From Actinomycetes bacterium (lineage in GTDB: Bacteria > Actinomycetota > Actinomycetes > Actinomycetales > Cellulomonadaceae), in contig JAEWYD010000179.1 of NCBI GenBank assembly GCA_023462275.1, positions 1 to 47,010 of the forward strand: 47,010 nucleotides of DNA, given 5' to 3'. Made by a program: the position numbers and the translations under genes. Shown here in pieces: positions 38,521-47,010 of this stretch (within the stretch, counting starts at the first letter, position 1; each line of letters begins with the position of its first letter). The notes beneath the pieces are model-generated. The model had not been told where the DNA came from. It saw nothing but the letters and a program-made list of their open reading frames with translations, and did no database searches.

Positions 38521-38578
38521 TCCTCACCCCCTCGGTACGTTCGTCGCCTTGTCGCGCACCTCGGCCGCTTCGCTGAGC

Positions 38579-40015
38579 CTATCGGGCGCGGCCGGGCGTT
38601 GAGGTCGGGACGCGCGTGGTGGACGTGGCCACCGCTGCGTGACGGCGGGCGGCGTGGCTCGCGTCTTCAATGAAGCTGTCCAGGCGCTTAGCGATCCGCC
38701 GTTGGGCGTCGTCGGCGGCGTGCTGGTAGTGGAGGGACGCGCGCGGCGTGGAGTGGCCGGCGCGTTGCATGAGCTCGGGGAGCGTCGCGCCGGTGAGAGC
38801 CACGAGGGTCAGCGCCGAGTGGCGGAGGTCGTGCCAGGTGAGGTCGTCGCGGCCGATGGTGCGACGGGCGCGGGCGAACATCGTGGAGCGGCTGCCGCTC
38901 GTGAGCGGGCGGCCCGACGCCGTGCCGAACAGGAGCGCGTCGCGTCGCTCCGGCGTGAAGCGCGCCATGTGCTCGCCGAGCACCTCGACGGCGACCGCGG
39001 GCAGGGCGACGGTCCGAAGGCCGGCGCGGGACTTCGTCGCCGAGAACCGTCCAGCGTCACCGGTGCCCGATCGCGCGAGTGACTGCTCGACGCGAACCGT
39101 CGCCGCGGCGAGATCCACGTGCTTCCGCTGCAGTGCGAACAGCTCTCCTGCCCGCAGCCCCGAGAGGAACGACACCACGACCGCCGCGCGGTAGCGCTCG
39201 GGCATCGCCTCGGCCAGCGCCCACAGCTCGTCCGGAGCCAGCACCCGACGCTCGGTCCGGTGCCGCGAGTCGCGCTGGCTCGCACCCTTGATCGCGCACG
39301 GGTTCGCCGGGATCAGCCCGTCGGACACAGCCTGGGCCATCCCGGTGTGCAGCAGCCGGTACGCCTGTGCGGCCTCGGTCCGGCCGAGGTTCCGGCGCTC
39401 CGCGCGCGGATCCACGACCACGCCGCCGGTCGCCTCGAGCCACGCCTCCCGTAGCTCGGCCGGGATCCGCCCGGTCACCGCGACCGCGCGCTCGTTCTCC
39501 AGCGCCCATGCACGGATGGCCGCGTTGATGCGCTTCGGCGTCGACGCCGCCCGCGACCACCGCTCGCCTGCCCGCCGCGAGGCCTCCGCCAGCACGGCGG
39601 CGTCCCACTCCCGCACTGCGGCCGGCGTCACCGACGCCAGTGACTGCGCCCCCAGCCGAACCGCCCGCGGCCGTGCTCCGCCCACCACGGGCACCTCGGC
39701 ATCGATCCACCGCTCTAGCAGCTGCGAGTACAACGCCCGCGTGCTCGGCGCCAGATCAGCCCGCGTCGCGATCCACCCGCGGAACCACTCCCCGAGCGGC
39801 TGTTCGCCCAGTCGCGGGTCCCGCCAGACCCCGCGCGCCATCCGAGACACCTCGTGCGCAAGCTCCTGGTCGGCCTCGGCCTTCGTCGGGAACGTCCCCA
39901 AGGTGCGCAGCGCGCCGTCCGGTCCCGTGTACCGGGCCTGCCACCTCCCCGAGGGCAGTCGGCGGACGGCGCCGGAGGCACGTCGGTGGCGTCGGACAGT
40001 GGTCGCGGTCGTCAT
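38579..40015 (-). CDS. Tyrosine integrase with an Lsr2-like insertion
   Basis: N-terminal arm-binding GRWQARY; intact catalytic set in GLRAGE, TKS, HDLRH, AGH and LHYQH. Confidence 0.93.
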   Translation of the reverse strand: MTTATTVRRHRRASGAVRRLPSGRWQARYTGPDGALRTLGTFPTKAEADQELAHEVSRMARGVWRDPRLGEQPLGEWFRGWIATRADLAPSTRALYSQLLERWIDAEVPVVGGARPRAVRLGAQSLASVTPAAVREWDAAVLAEASRRAGERWSRAASTPKRINAAIRAWALENERAVAVTGRIPAELREAWLEATGGVVVDPRAERRNLGRTEAAQAYRLLHTGMAQAVSDGLIPANPCAIKGASQRDSRHRTERRVLAPDELWALAEAMPERYRAAVVVSFLSGLRAGELFALQRKHVDLAAATVRVEQSLARSGTGDAGRFSATKSRAGLRTVALPAVAVEVLGEHMARFTPERRDALLFGTASGRPLTSGSRSTMFARARRTIGRDDLTWHDLRHSALTLVALTGATLPELMQRAGHSTPRASLHYQHAADDAQRRIAKRLDSFIEDASHAARRHAAVATSTTRVPTSTPGRAR

Positions 40016-40033
40016 GGTCGGATCCCACTTCGC

Positions 40034-40050
40034 TATGGCACGTTATGGCA
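40034..40050 (+). repeat. Putative integrase arm-type site (tandem TATGGCA)
   Basis: Identical 17-mer to 25866-25882. Confidence 0.7.
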
Positions 40051-40121
40051 CGAGCCGACCATCAGAAGGGTCCCAGAGAGGTCCGACAGAGCGTCCACAA
40101 CGCTCTGACCTGCGGAAACGA

Positions 40122-40195
40122 TGGAGCGGGTGACGGGAATCGAACCCGCGCTCTCAGCTTGGGAAGCTGAAGTTCTACCATTGAACTACACCCGC
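40122..40195 (-). tRNA. tRNA-Gly (CCC)
   Basis: Reverse complement GCGGGTGTAGTTCAATGGTAGAACTTCAGCTTCCCAAGCTGAGAGCGCGGGTTCGATTCCCGTCACCCGCTCCA forms a cloverleaf with CCC anticodon and encoded CCA. Confidence 0.97.
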
Positions 40196-40322
40196 GAACG
40201 CCGCCCTTCGGGCGTGCCCGACGATGATACCGGGTCCGCCACCCCTCTCACAGCCGCGGCTCCGCCGTCGGGCAGCGCGGCCCCACCGCGGCCGGACCGA
40301 TGGGCCGACGACGCGCCACCTC

Positions 40323-41018
40323 TCAGCCGCAGACCACAGGGTTGACCTCGATGTCGAAGACGGTGACGGCGGCCGGGTCGGACCCCTCGCTGCTCCAGTA
40401 GTGCACGCCGTCGACGTTCGTGATGACCCGTCCGTACGCCTCCTGGTACTCGGGCGCCGCGCCCGGCAGCGCCACGACGTCGGCGTACGGGTCGCCCACC
40501 GCGATGCCGCTCGCCGTCACGACGCCGTCGGGCACGGTGGTGCTGCGCAGCCCCCAGCCGTACAGGGCGCCCCCCGTGAACGACACCTTGAGGTCGCCCC
40601 ACCAGACGTACGTCATGTCGTCGGGCCCGCCGCACTCGGTGTTGCCCGGCTCCTGCCGACCGGGCGGGCCGAACATCGCCTCAAGCGCCGCCTGCGCGTC
40701 GGGGGTGCCGATCGCGACGTCCCCGATGCCAGCCGCGCTGAGCACGACGCTGTCCTCGGGCGTGGGCGTCGGGCTGGCGGCGGGCGTCGGCGTGGGGCTC
40801 GGCGGGGCGGTGGCGGCGGCAGGGGTGGTCGCGGCGGCGGTCGGCGTCGGGCTGAGACCCGGCGTCGCGGTGTCACCGTCGCTCAGCGTGTTGGGCCGGG
40901 CGAACAGGTAGATGAGGATGCCGACCAGGACCACGAGGATGGCGGCGACGATCAGGACCGCGCGGCCGGGGCCGCCCTCGCCGCGTGGCGCGCGGCCGGT
41001 CGGACGGGCAGTGCTCAT
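40323..41018 (-). CDS. Membrane-anchored hypothetical protein
   Basis: N-terminal TM helix, Pro/Thr/Ala linker and globular C-terminus. Confidence 0.7.
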   Translation of the reverse strand: MSTARPTGRAPRGEGGPGRAVLIVAAILVVLVGILIYLFARPNTLSDGDTATPGLSPTPTAAATTPAAATAPPSPTPTPAASPTPTPEDSVVLSAAGIGDVAIGTPDAQAALEAMFGPPGRQEPGNTECGGPDDMTYVWWGDLKVSFTGGALYGWGLRSTTVPDGVVTASGIAVGDPYADVVALPGAAPEYQEAYGRVITNVDGVHYWSSEGSDPAAVTVFDIEVNPVVCG

Positions 41019-41221
41019 CGCGGTCTCCTGACGCCGGCGTACCCCTGTGCACGCGTTCTACACCAGCCGGGGCGCCGGCGGGAGCACCCGCCCGCCGCCA
41101 CGCTGGCCGTGCCGCCGCCCCGCCGTCGCCGCGCCCCTGTCGCCGGGCCGTGGAGCGTTCGCGACAGCATGCGTCGCAAACGCTCCGCCGCTCCCCGAGG
41201 AGGCGCCCGCGTGCACAACTT

Positions 41222-41287
41222 TTGTCCACAGGGATGTGCGCACTCCGCCGCACGAACACCGGCGCCTGTGGACAGCGGTGTGGACGT
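41222..41287. promoter_or_regulatory. DnaA-box-like cluster
   Basis: TTGTCCACA (41222-41230), inverted TGTGGACAG (41267-41275) and TGTGGACGT (41279-41287). Confidence 0.45.
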
Positions 41288-41354
41288 CGAGGCCCGCAAA
41301 AGTCGCGTGCGGAAGGCCTTGCGACGCGCTCTCACCCGGGTCTAGAACTTCACC

Positions 41355-41655
41355 CAACGGCGACGCCGGAGGGCATCAGAGGATCGGGGCGACCTGGTCC
41401 GACGAGGCTCCGAAGGCTCGCCAGGCTGACCGGAGAACGGTGGACCACCTCGTCGGGGCAACCCGAGGGGACTGCGGATGGCGCCGCAGGTGTCCGAACG
41501 GACCGGAAGGCTGGTCGTCATCGATCGACGGCCCGGGCAACCGGGTGGTTGGTCAGCCGCAACGCCAGAGCGGGGCCAGGACCGGGAGACCGGACCGGGC
41601 TCGACGGCCGATGCGAGGCCCCTCGGACGCTTACTCCGAGGGGCCTCGCGTCGCG
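41355..41655 (+). ncRNA. Putative structured ncRNA (~300 nt)
   Basis: Four GNRA-capped hairpins, a long-range GCTGACC/GGTCAGC helix, an upstream TTGCGA-N18-TAGAAC element and a 15-bp terminal hairpin (41613-41649). Ends are approximate. Confidence 0.55.
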
Positions 41656-41694
41656 TCTGCCCCACCCCCACCCGAACCCCCCACCCCCTCCCTC

Positions 41695-41758
41695 CGCAAA
41701 GTGGAGCGAAGGTGCCGCGACACGCCAGCGTGTCGCGACAGGTTCGCTCCACTTTGCG
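41695..41758. repeat. REP-like 64-bp imperfect palindrome
   Basis: CGCAAAGTGGAGCGAA pairs with TTCGCTCCACTTTGCG; inner CGCGACACGC pairs with GCGTGTCGCG. Confidence 0.6.
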
Positions 41759-41777
41759 AGGTGGTTACCGTGGCCGC

Positions 41778-42353
41778 GTGCTGCTCTCCGACCGCGACAT
41801 CCGCGCCCAGCTCGACTCCGGCCGCGTCGTCCTCGATCCCTACGACCCGGCGATGGTGCAGCCGTCCAGCGTCGACGTGCGCCTGGACAAGTACTTCCGC
41901 CTCTTCGACAACCACAAGTACGCGGTGATCGACCCGGCCGCGGACCAGCCCGAGCTCACGCGGCTGGTGGAAGTGGGCGGTGACGAGCCGTTCGTCCTGC
42001 ACCCCGGCGAGTTCGTCCTCGCGTCGACCTACGAGCAGGTCACCCTGCCCGACGACGTCGCCGCGCGCCTCGAGGGCAAGTCCTCCCTGGGTCGGCTCGG
42101 GTTGCTCACGCACTCGACGGCGGGCTTCATCGACCCGGGGTTCACGGGACACGTGACCCTGGAGCTGTCGAACGTGGCCACGCTGCCGATCCAGCTCTGG
42201 CCCGGCATGAAGGTCGGGCAGCTGTGCTTCTTCCAGCTCTCGTCTCCGGCCGAGAACCCGTACGGGTCGGCGCGGTACGGGTCCCGCTACCAGGGCCAGC
42301 GCGGCCCGACGGCGTCCCGGTCGGCGCAGGGCTTCCACCGCACCCGCATCTGA
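41778..42353 (+). CDS. dcd: dCTP deaminase
   Basis: [38 protein letters not shown] and YQGQRGPT. Confidence 0.96.
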   Translation: MLLSDRDIRAQLDSGRVVLDPYDPAMVQPSSVDVRLDKYFRLFDNHKYAVIDPAADQPELTRLVEVGGDEPFVLHPGEFVLASTYEQVTLPDDVAARLEGKSSLGRLGLLTHSTAGFIDPGFTGHVTLELSNVATLPIQLWPGMKVGQLCFFQLSSPAENPYGSARYGSRYQGQRGPTASRSAQGFHRTRI

Positions 42354-42411
42354 GGCGGGCGCTGCCGTACGGCGTGAGCACTGCCGGACGGCGCGAGCGC
42401 TGTCGCTCCAG

Positions 42412-42497
42412 CGGCAGCGGTGGTGCGGGCCGGCAGCGGTGGTGCGGGCCGGCAGCGGTGGCGCGAGACGGCAGCGGTGGTGCGGGCCGGCAGCGGT
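42412..42497 (+). repeat. 19-bp tandem repeat (~4.5 copies)
   Basis: CGGCAGCGGTGGTGCGGGC units at 42412, 42431, 42450 (variant), 42469 and 42488 (partial). Confidence 0.85.
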
Positions 42498-42533
42498 CCA
42501 CCGCGGGCCGCGCTCCCGACCTAGGCTGCCCCC

Positions 42534-43646
42534 ATGGCCTTGCCCCCGCTGGACCGGACCGACGGCCACCACGTCCTCGCGCTGCCCGCCGACGCCGTCC
42601 CGAGCGTCGTCGAGATCCTCGCCCGGAGCCGCTTCCCCCGCGCGCAGTGGGAGGCGGCCGACCCCGGCACCGGCCCAACCCCGGGCAGCGCAACGGCCAG
42701 CACGACGGGCACCTCAGGCGCAGGCACGCCCGACGCCGGCACCCCGGGCACCGCCGCGACCCCGGCCGGTGGCGGCCCGCGCGCACTCCGGCTGTCCCGT
42801 CACAGCCGCCTCCTGGGCCCGTACGGCGTCGACCGCGAGATCGCCGCCGACACGGGCCTGCCCCCGGGCCTCGCGTACCTGCTCGAGGCGCCCGTGGAGC
42901 GGGGCAACCCCCCGGCGCCCTACGGCGGCGACCGGCTCGGCCTGCGCCGGGCGTTCCCCGCCGGCCTGCCCGTGCGCGACGAGGAGCGCGTGCTTCTCTG
43001 GGCGCTCGACGCGGCCCGGCGGCTGGGCGGTGCGGTCCGGATCGCCGAGCGCGACGGGAGCCCCGGCGCCCTGCTGTCGCCCGAGCCGGCGGCGGCGATC
43101 GACCTCACCGTGTGGAGCGACCTCTGGCTCGACCCCGACGCCGCCCTCGCTGTCATGCGCCAGGCCGTCCCGCGAGCGCAGCTCAACCTGCCGAGCGGCC
43201 GGTGGTACGGGCCGCCGTCGGACATCGGGGCGTCCCCCGCGCCCGGGGCAGGCGCCCTGACGCCGGAGCAGCGCGCGACCCTGCACGCCGCGGCCGACGA
43301 GTTCGACCGTCAGGCGATGGAGAACCCCGAGCCGATGACGGCCTACGGCGCGCTCGCGGACCTCGAGCTCGACGGGATGCTCGCCCTCGAGATCAGCGGC
43401 GAGACGACGCTCCCGCCCGTCATCGCCGCCCTGCCCTGGGCGTCCCGCGGGGCGGTCGCGTACCGGGTCCGGTGGGAGCCGGCCGACCTGGAGGACGCCG
43501 AGCAGGAGCGCCCGTCGCCGATGCACCGCGTGGCGCGGGGGCGGGCCGCCCCCATGGTCGTCGCCGTCGCTCGCGCGGTGCACGGGGCCGTGGGTGGCGA
43601 GGTCACCGACGCCATGGACTTCGTCGTGGACCCCGCCGACCTCTGA
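42534..43646 (+). CDS. Hypothetical protein
   Basis: 370-aa ORF with protein-like composition and GC3 bias. Confidence 0.7.
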   Translation: MALPPLDRTDGHHVLALPADAVPSVVEILARSRFPRAQWEAADPGTGPTPGSATASTTGTSGAGTPDAGTPGTAATPAGGGPRALRLSRHSRLLGPYGVDREIAADTGLPPGLAYLLEAPVERGNPPAPYGGDRLGLRRAFPAGLPVRDEERVLLWALDAARRLGGAVRIAERDGSPGALLSPEPAAAIDLTVWSDLWLDPDAALAVMRQAVPRAQLNLPSGRWYGPPSDIGASPAPGAGALTPEQRATLHAAADEFDRQAMENPEPMTAYGALADLELDGMLALEISGETTLPPVIAALPWASRGAVAYRVRWEPADLEDAEQERPSPMHRVARGRAAPMVVAVARAVHGAVGGEVTDAMDFVVDPADL

Positions 43647-43732
43647 GGCGGCGCGGGTCCCGGACCCAGCGCCCGTGCACGCACGGGTGGCGAGGACGCG
43701 CACCCCAGGGGGCAGCGGTCACCGACGGCGCA

Positions 43733-44482
43733 CTACGACGTGCGGATCAGCGAGGCCACGTCGCTCACCAGCTGGGCGCGTGCCACCGTCGTCGCGGGGC
43801 GGGGGTCGTCGAGCGCGAGCAGGACGACCCGGTCGTCGCCGATCGTGAGGGCCGCGAGCAGGTCCTCGTGCCGGGCGACCCGCTCACACACCGCTGGCCC
43901 CCAGTCGGGTTCGTCCGACGGGCCGCAGCCCGCCCATGCGGGTGTGACGAGCATCGGATCGGCGGCCCTACCGATCTCCACCCAGAGCCGTGCGGCGCCC
44001 GTAGGTGCATCGGCGGCCACGACCTCGCGGCGTCGCGGGGCACGCCGCGACCCGCCCGCCGCGCGCAGGACCCACGTCTCGGTCCGCACCGGCACCCCTG
44101 CCACCGCAAGGCGGAGCCTGCCCCGAGCGACGTCGACCCGCCAGCCGCGCGGGAGGGCGAGCACCACGTCCCGCGGGTCCGCGCCGCCGTCGGGCTCGAC
44201 GGCTACACCCGCCGCAGACCCAGCCCACGCGGCGCGCGCGGACGCAACCCGGCCGTGGGTCGCCTCGGCGCCGCCGAGGCGGTTCCAGAGAAGTCCGCCG
44301 ACGACGACGACCACGAGGACGGCCGGCGTGATGACGCGCTGGGCCCAGCCCTGGGAGAGCCCTGCGGCGAGCGCACATCCCGTGATCGCGACGATGGCGG
44401 TGACCGGCAGGATCGCACCGGCGGAGGTCCACGCGCGGCGACCCGGCCGAAAGGTGCCCGCGGGAACGCTGGGCGTTGCCAT
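43733..44482 (-). CDS. Hypothetical membrane protein
   Basis: Two N-terminal hydrophobic segments; ATG at 44482 is the likely start. Confidence 0.55.
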   Translation of the reverse strand: MATPSVPAGTFRPGRRAWTSAGAILPVTAIVAITGCALAAGLSQGWAQRVITPAVLVVVVVGGLLWNRLGGAEATHGRVASARAAWAGSAAGVAVEPDGGADPRDVVLALPRGWRVDVARGRLRLAVAGVPVRTETWVLRAAGGSRRAPRRREVVAADAPTGAARLWVEIGRAADPMLVTPAWAGCGPSDEPDWGPAVCERVARHEDLLAALTIGDDRVVLLALDDPRPATTVARAQLVSDVASLIRTS

Positions 44483-44581
44483 GACGGACGCGGCGGCACG
44501 GCGGCGACGCACTGGTGTCCTCTCGATCCATGGGCGGGTCAGCGCGACGGTACCGGCAGTCCCGGGCCGGTCGGCGATCCC

Positions 44582-44617
44582 CCGGGGGCCCGATCCCCCG
44601 GGGGATCGGGCCCCCGG
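44582..44617. terminator. Perfect 36-bp palindrome after the ABC operon
   Basis: CCGGGGGCCCGATCCCCC|GGGGGATCGGGCCCCCGG, 9 bp past the permease stop. Confidence 0.5.
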
Positions 44618-44626
44618 CGGGGCGCC

Positions 44627-45760
44627 TCAGCGCTCCTTGAGCACCTCGGCCAGCTTCACCCGCGGGCCGATGCGCAGCAGCGACCGCTGGTAGATGCGGG
44701 CCCCGACGGCGATGACGCCGACGGTCGTGAGCGCGAGGATCGCGAGCGCGATCAGCGGCTCCCACCACTGCGCGAGCCCGAGGAACAGCCGCACCGGCAT
44801 CCCGACGGGTGCGCTGAACGGCACGTAGGACATGATCCGCAGCACCACGTCGTTGTCGTTGAAGAAGATGACGAGGAAGTACGGGGTCATCACCAGCATC
44901 GTGACGGGCATGAGCACCGTGCCGACGTCCTCCATGCGGGACACCAGGGACGCGCTCGCCGCGTAGAGCGACGCGAGCAGCACGAACCCGACGAGGAAGA
45001 ACAGCACGAACCACACGAGCGGCGAGCCGAGCATGCCCAGCACGTCGTCCTGGCCCGTGACCACCAGCCCCACCACCGCCATCGCGGCGATCGCCGCGGT
45101 CTGGCCGAAAGCCAGCGCGCTGTTGCCGAGGATCTTCCCCGCGAGCAGGGCGCGGCTCGGCACGGCCGCGAGCAGCAGCTCGACGACGCGGCTCTGCTTC
45201 TCCTGCACCGTGCTCTGGGCGATGGTCGAGCCGAAGCTCGCGGCCGACATCAGGAACACCAGGCCGAAGCCGAAGGAGACGAGGTAGCGCAGGCCTTCGT
45301 CGGCGTCGGAGGGCTCGAGCAGCTCCACCTTCGGCTGCACGGACAGCGTCGCGACCAGGTCGGTCGGCTGCTCGTCGAGCGCGACGAGGCGGTAGCCGAT
45401 GGGGCCGGCGTCGGGCAGGACCGCCGCCGTCACGTCACCGTCGCGGACGAGCTGCTCCGCGGCGTCGGCGTCGGAGGCGTCCACCGGGTCGAGACCGTGC
45501 ACGCCGGCGACGACGCCGGCCGTCGCGGGCACGACGGCGACCCGCGTCGTCGAGTCCCGGCCACCCAGGAAGTACCCGGCGACGATCGAGACGAGGACGA
45601 GGCCCAGCATGATGCAGGTCGAGATGATGAAGGACTTGCTGCGGACCTGGGCGGTGATCTCGCGCTCGGCCACCATCAGGGCGGCGCGGACCGTGCCCGG
45701 CCGCTCGGGGCGCTCGCCGGCGGCGGGGCGCGCGCCGGGGGTCGTGGTCGGGGTGCTCAT
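44627..45760 (-). CDS. ABC-2 type transporter permease
   Basis: VAEREI, EKQSRVVELLL and LLAGKILG with TM helices; overlaps the ATPase stop. Confidence 0.9.
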   Translation of the reverse strand: MSTPTTTPGARPAAGERPERPGTVRAALMVAEREITAQVRSKSFIISTCIMLGLVLVSIVAGYFLGGRDSTTRVAVVPATAGVVAGVHGLDPVDASDADAAEQLVRDGDVTAAVLPDAGPIGYRLVALDEQPTDLVATLSVQPKVELLEPSDADEGLRYLVSFGFGLVFLMSAASFGSTIAQSTVQEKQSRVVELLLAAVPSRALLAGKILGNSALAFGQTAAIAAMAVVGLVVTGQDDVLGMLGSPLVWFVLFFLVGFVLLASLYAASASLVSRMEDVGTVLMPVTMLVMTPYFLVIFFNDNDVVLRIMSYVPFSAPVGMPVRLFLGLAQWWEPLIALAILALTTVGVIAVGARIYQRSLLRIGPRVKLAEVLKER

Positions 45761-46662
45761 CGGACCTCCTGGGCGGGCACGTCGGTGACGACCTCGCGGA
45801 AGATCTCCCCGAGGCTGGGGCGGACGGGCGCGAACGAGCGCACCGCTGCGCGGCCGACGGCGTCGCGCAGCACGAGCTGGGCCACCGACTCTTCCGCGTC
45901 GAAGAGCGCGTACCCGCCGTCGAAGTCGACGACGTCGACGCCCGGCACGCCGCGCAGCCACGCGACGTCGCCCTCGGTCACGAGCTCGTAGCGCGAACCG
46001 GCGAACTCGGCCCGCAGGTCCTCCCGGCTGCCGGCGGCGCGGATGCGGCCGTCGGCGATGATCACGAGGTCGTCGCACAGCCGCTCGACGAGGTCCAGCT
46101 GGTGGGAGGAGAAGAGGACCGGCACGCCCGAGGCGGCGAACTCGGCCAGCACGCCGACGACGACGTCCACCGCGAGCGGGTCCAGGCCGGAGAACGGCTC
46201 GTCGAGGATGAGCACGCGCGGGTCGTGCACGAGCGCCGCGGCGATCTGGGCGCGCTGCTGGTTGCCGAGCGAGAGGTTGTCGAGGGGCTCGTCGGCGCGG
46301 GCGTCCAGGCCCAGGCGCTCGAGCAGCTCGTGCGCGCGCCGCAGGGCCGTGCCGCGGTCGACGCCGTGCAGGCGCCCGAGGTAGGCGACCTGCTCGGCCA
46401 CCTTCATCTTCGGGTAGAGGCCGCGCTCCTCGGGCATGTAGCCGAAGTCGACGCGGTCGTCCGGGGTCAGCGGGCGGCCGTCGAGGGTCACGGTGCCGGC
46501 GTCGGCCGCCAGCACGCCCAGGATGATCCGCATCGTGGTGGTCTTGCCGGCGCCGTTGCCACCGACGAAGCCGGTGAGGCGGCCCCGCTCGACGGTGAAG
46601 CCGACGTCGTCGAGGACCTTCCGGTCGCCGAACGACCGGTCCAGCCCCGCAACCTGCAGCAT
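45757..46662 (-). CDS. ABC transporter ATP-binding protein
   Basis: GGNGAGKTT, LSLGNQQ, ILDEPFSGLD and SSH. Confidence 0.93.
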   Translation of the reverse strand: MLQVAGLDRSFGDRKVLDDVGFTVERGRLTGFVGGNGAGKTTTMRIILGVLAADAGTVTLDGRPLTPDDRVDFGYMPEERGLYPKMKVAEQVAYLGRLHGVDRGTALRRAHELLERLGLDARADEPLDNLSLGNQQRAQIAAALVHDPRVLILDEPFSGLDPLAVDVVVGVLAEFAASGVPVLFSSHQLDLVERLCDDLVIIADGRIRAAGSREDLRAEFAGSRYELVTEGDVAWLRGVPGVDVVDFDGGYALFDAEESVAQLVLRDAVGRAAVRSFAPVRPSLGEIFREVVTDVPAQEVR

Positions 46663-46803
46663 GGTGCTCCTTCGGGTCGGTGCCCGGGCGGCTGCGCCGG
46701 GCCGGTCACCAACCTAGGGAGCGGGGCAGGGGCGGCGCCTCAGGCGTGGGAACGATTCCGGCGCTCCGCCGCGAGGATGAGCGCCGGCCCGGCGCGGCGG
46801 GTG

Positions 46804-47010
46804 TCAGCGGGCGACGCCGTGCTCGTAGGCGAAGACGACGGCCTGCACGCGGTCACGCAGGCCGAGCTTCATGAGCAGGTTCGAGACGTGGGTTTTGACC
46901 GTGGCACGCCCGAGGACGAGCGCGGCGGCGATCTCGTCGTTGCTGAGGCCGCGCGCGATCAGGCGCAGCACCTCCACCTCGCGGTCGGTGAGCGCGGCCA
47001 CGGCGGGCGA
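46804..47010 (-). CDS. NarL/LuxR-family regulator, C-terminal HTH (partial)
   Basis: [22 protein letters not shown]...TVKTHV.....[16 protein letters not shown]. Confidence 0.9.
   Translation of the reverse strand, partial: SPAVAALTDREVEVLRLIARGLSNDEIAAALVLGRATVKTHVSNLLMKLGLRDRVQAVVFAYEHGVAR

Larger units (their letters stand above)
25760..40121. mobile_element. Integrative mobilizable element (tyrosine integrase, Xis, MobF relaxase) in tRNA-Gly
   Basis: Flanked by 44-bp att repeats; integrase adjacent to the tRNA; relaxase present but no T4SS genes. Confidence 0.9.

Noticed and set aside
25760..40121. Prophage or self-transmissible ICE
   Set aside because: No phage structural genes, T4SS, coupling protein or TraB/FtsK translocase.
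41478..41777. 100-aa N-terminal extension of Dcd
   Set aside because: Dcd homology begins at GTG 41778; the upstream part overlaps hairpins and the ncRNA candidate.
42412..42497. CRISPR array
   Set aside because: Units are contiguous with no unique spacers, and there are no cas genes.
42224..45991. Very long Arg/Pro/Gly-rich ORFs here and elsewhere (e.g. 23-829, the upstream parts of 898-4785 and 3363-6161, 4740-6827, 31549-33945)
   Set aside because: Alternative-frame or antisense shadows of real genes, expected in high-GC DNA.

Overview
High-GC actinobacterial chromosome window with a ~30 kb defence island at the 3' end of a tRNA-Gly(CCC) gene (40122-40195, minus strand). The island is two different mobile elements in tandem. 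(1) 25760-40121 is an integrative mobilizable element. It has an intact tyrosine integrase (with an apparent Lsr2-like insert), a 44-bp att duplication of the tRNA 3' half, a MobF relaxase and an excisionase, and carries a C5-MTase/putative REase/Vsr, GmrSD-like and IetAS-like cargo. (2) 9893-25714 is a ~15.8 kb element bounded by perfect 12-bp terminal inverted repeats (AGCTGGTTCCGG) and a 5-bp direct repeat (GTGGA), which is exactly the TCCA-C end of the tRNA copy. It encodes an IS4-superfamily DDE transposase translationally coupled to a tyrosine-recombinase-like protein that lacks its catalytic residues, and carries a type I RM system and an Avs-like STAND NTPase. Best candidate for a new system: a cargo-carrying DDE transposon targeted to tRNA ends by a dead tyrosine recombinase (the targeting role is inference). 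The flanks hold a PucR-regulated aldolase-aminotransferase/kinase/MFS operon, lipoproteins, dcd, an ABC transporter, and a GNRA-rich putative ncRNA preceded by DnaA-box-like sites. All calls come from reading the sequence and motifs; no database searches were run.
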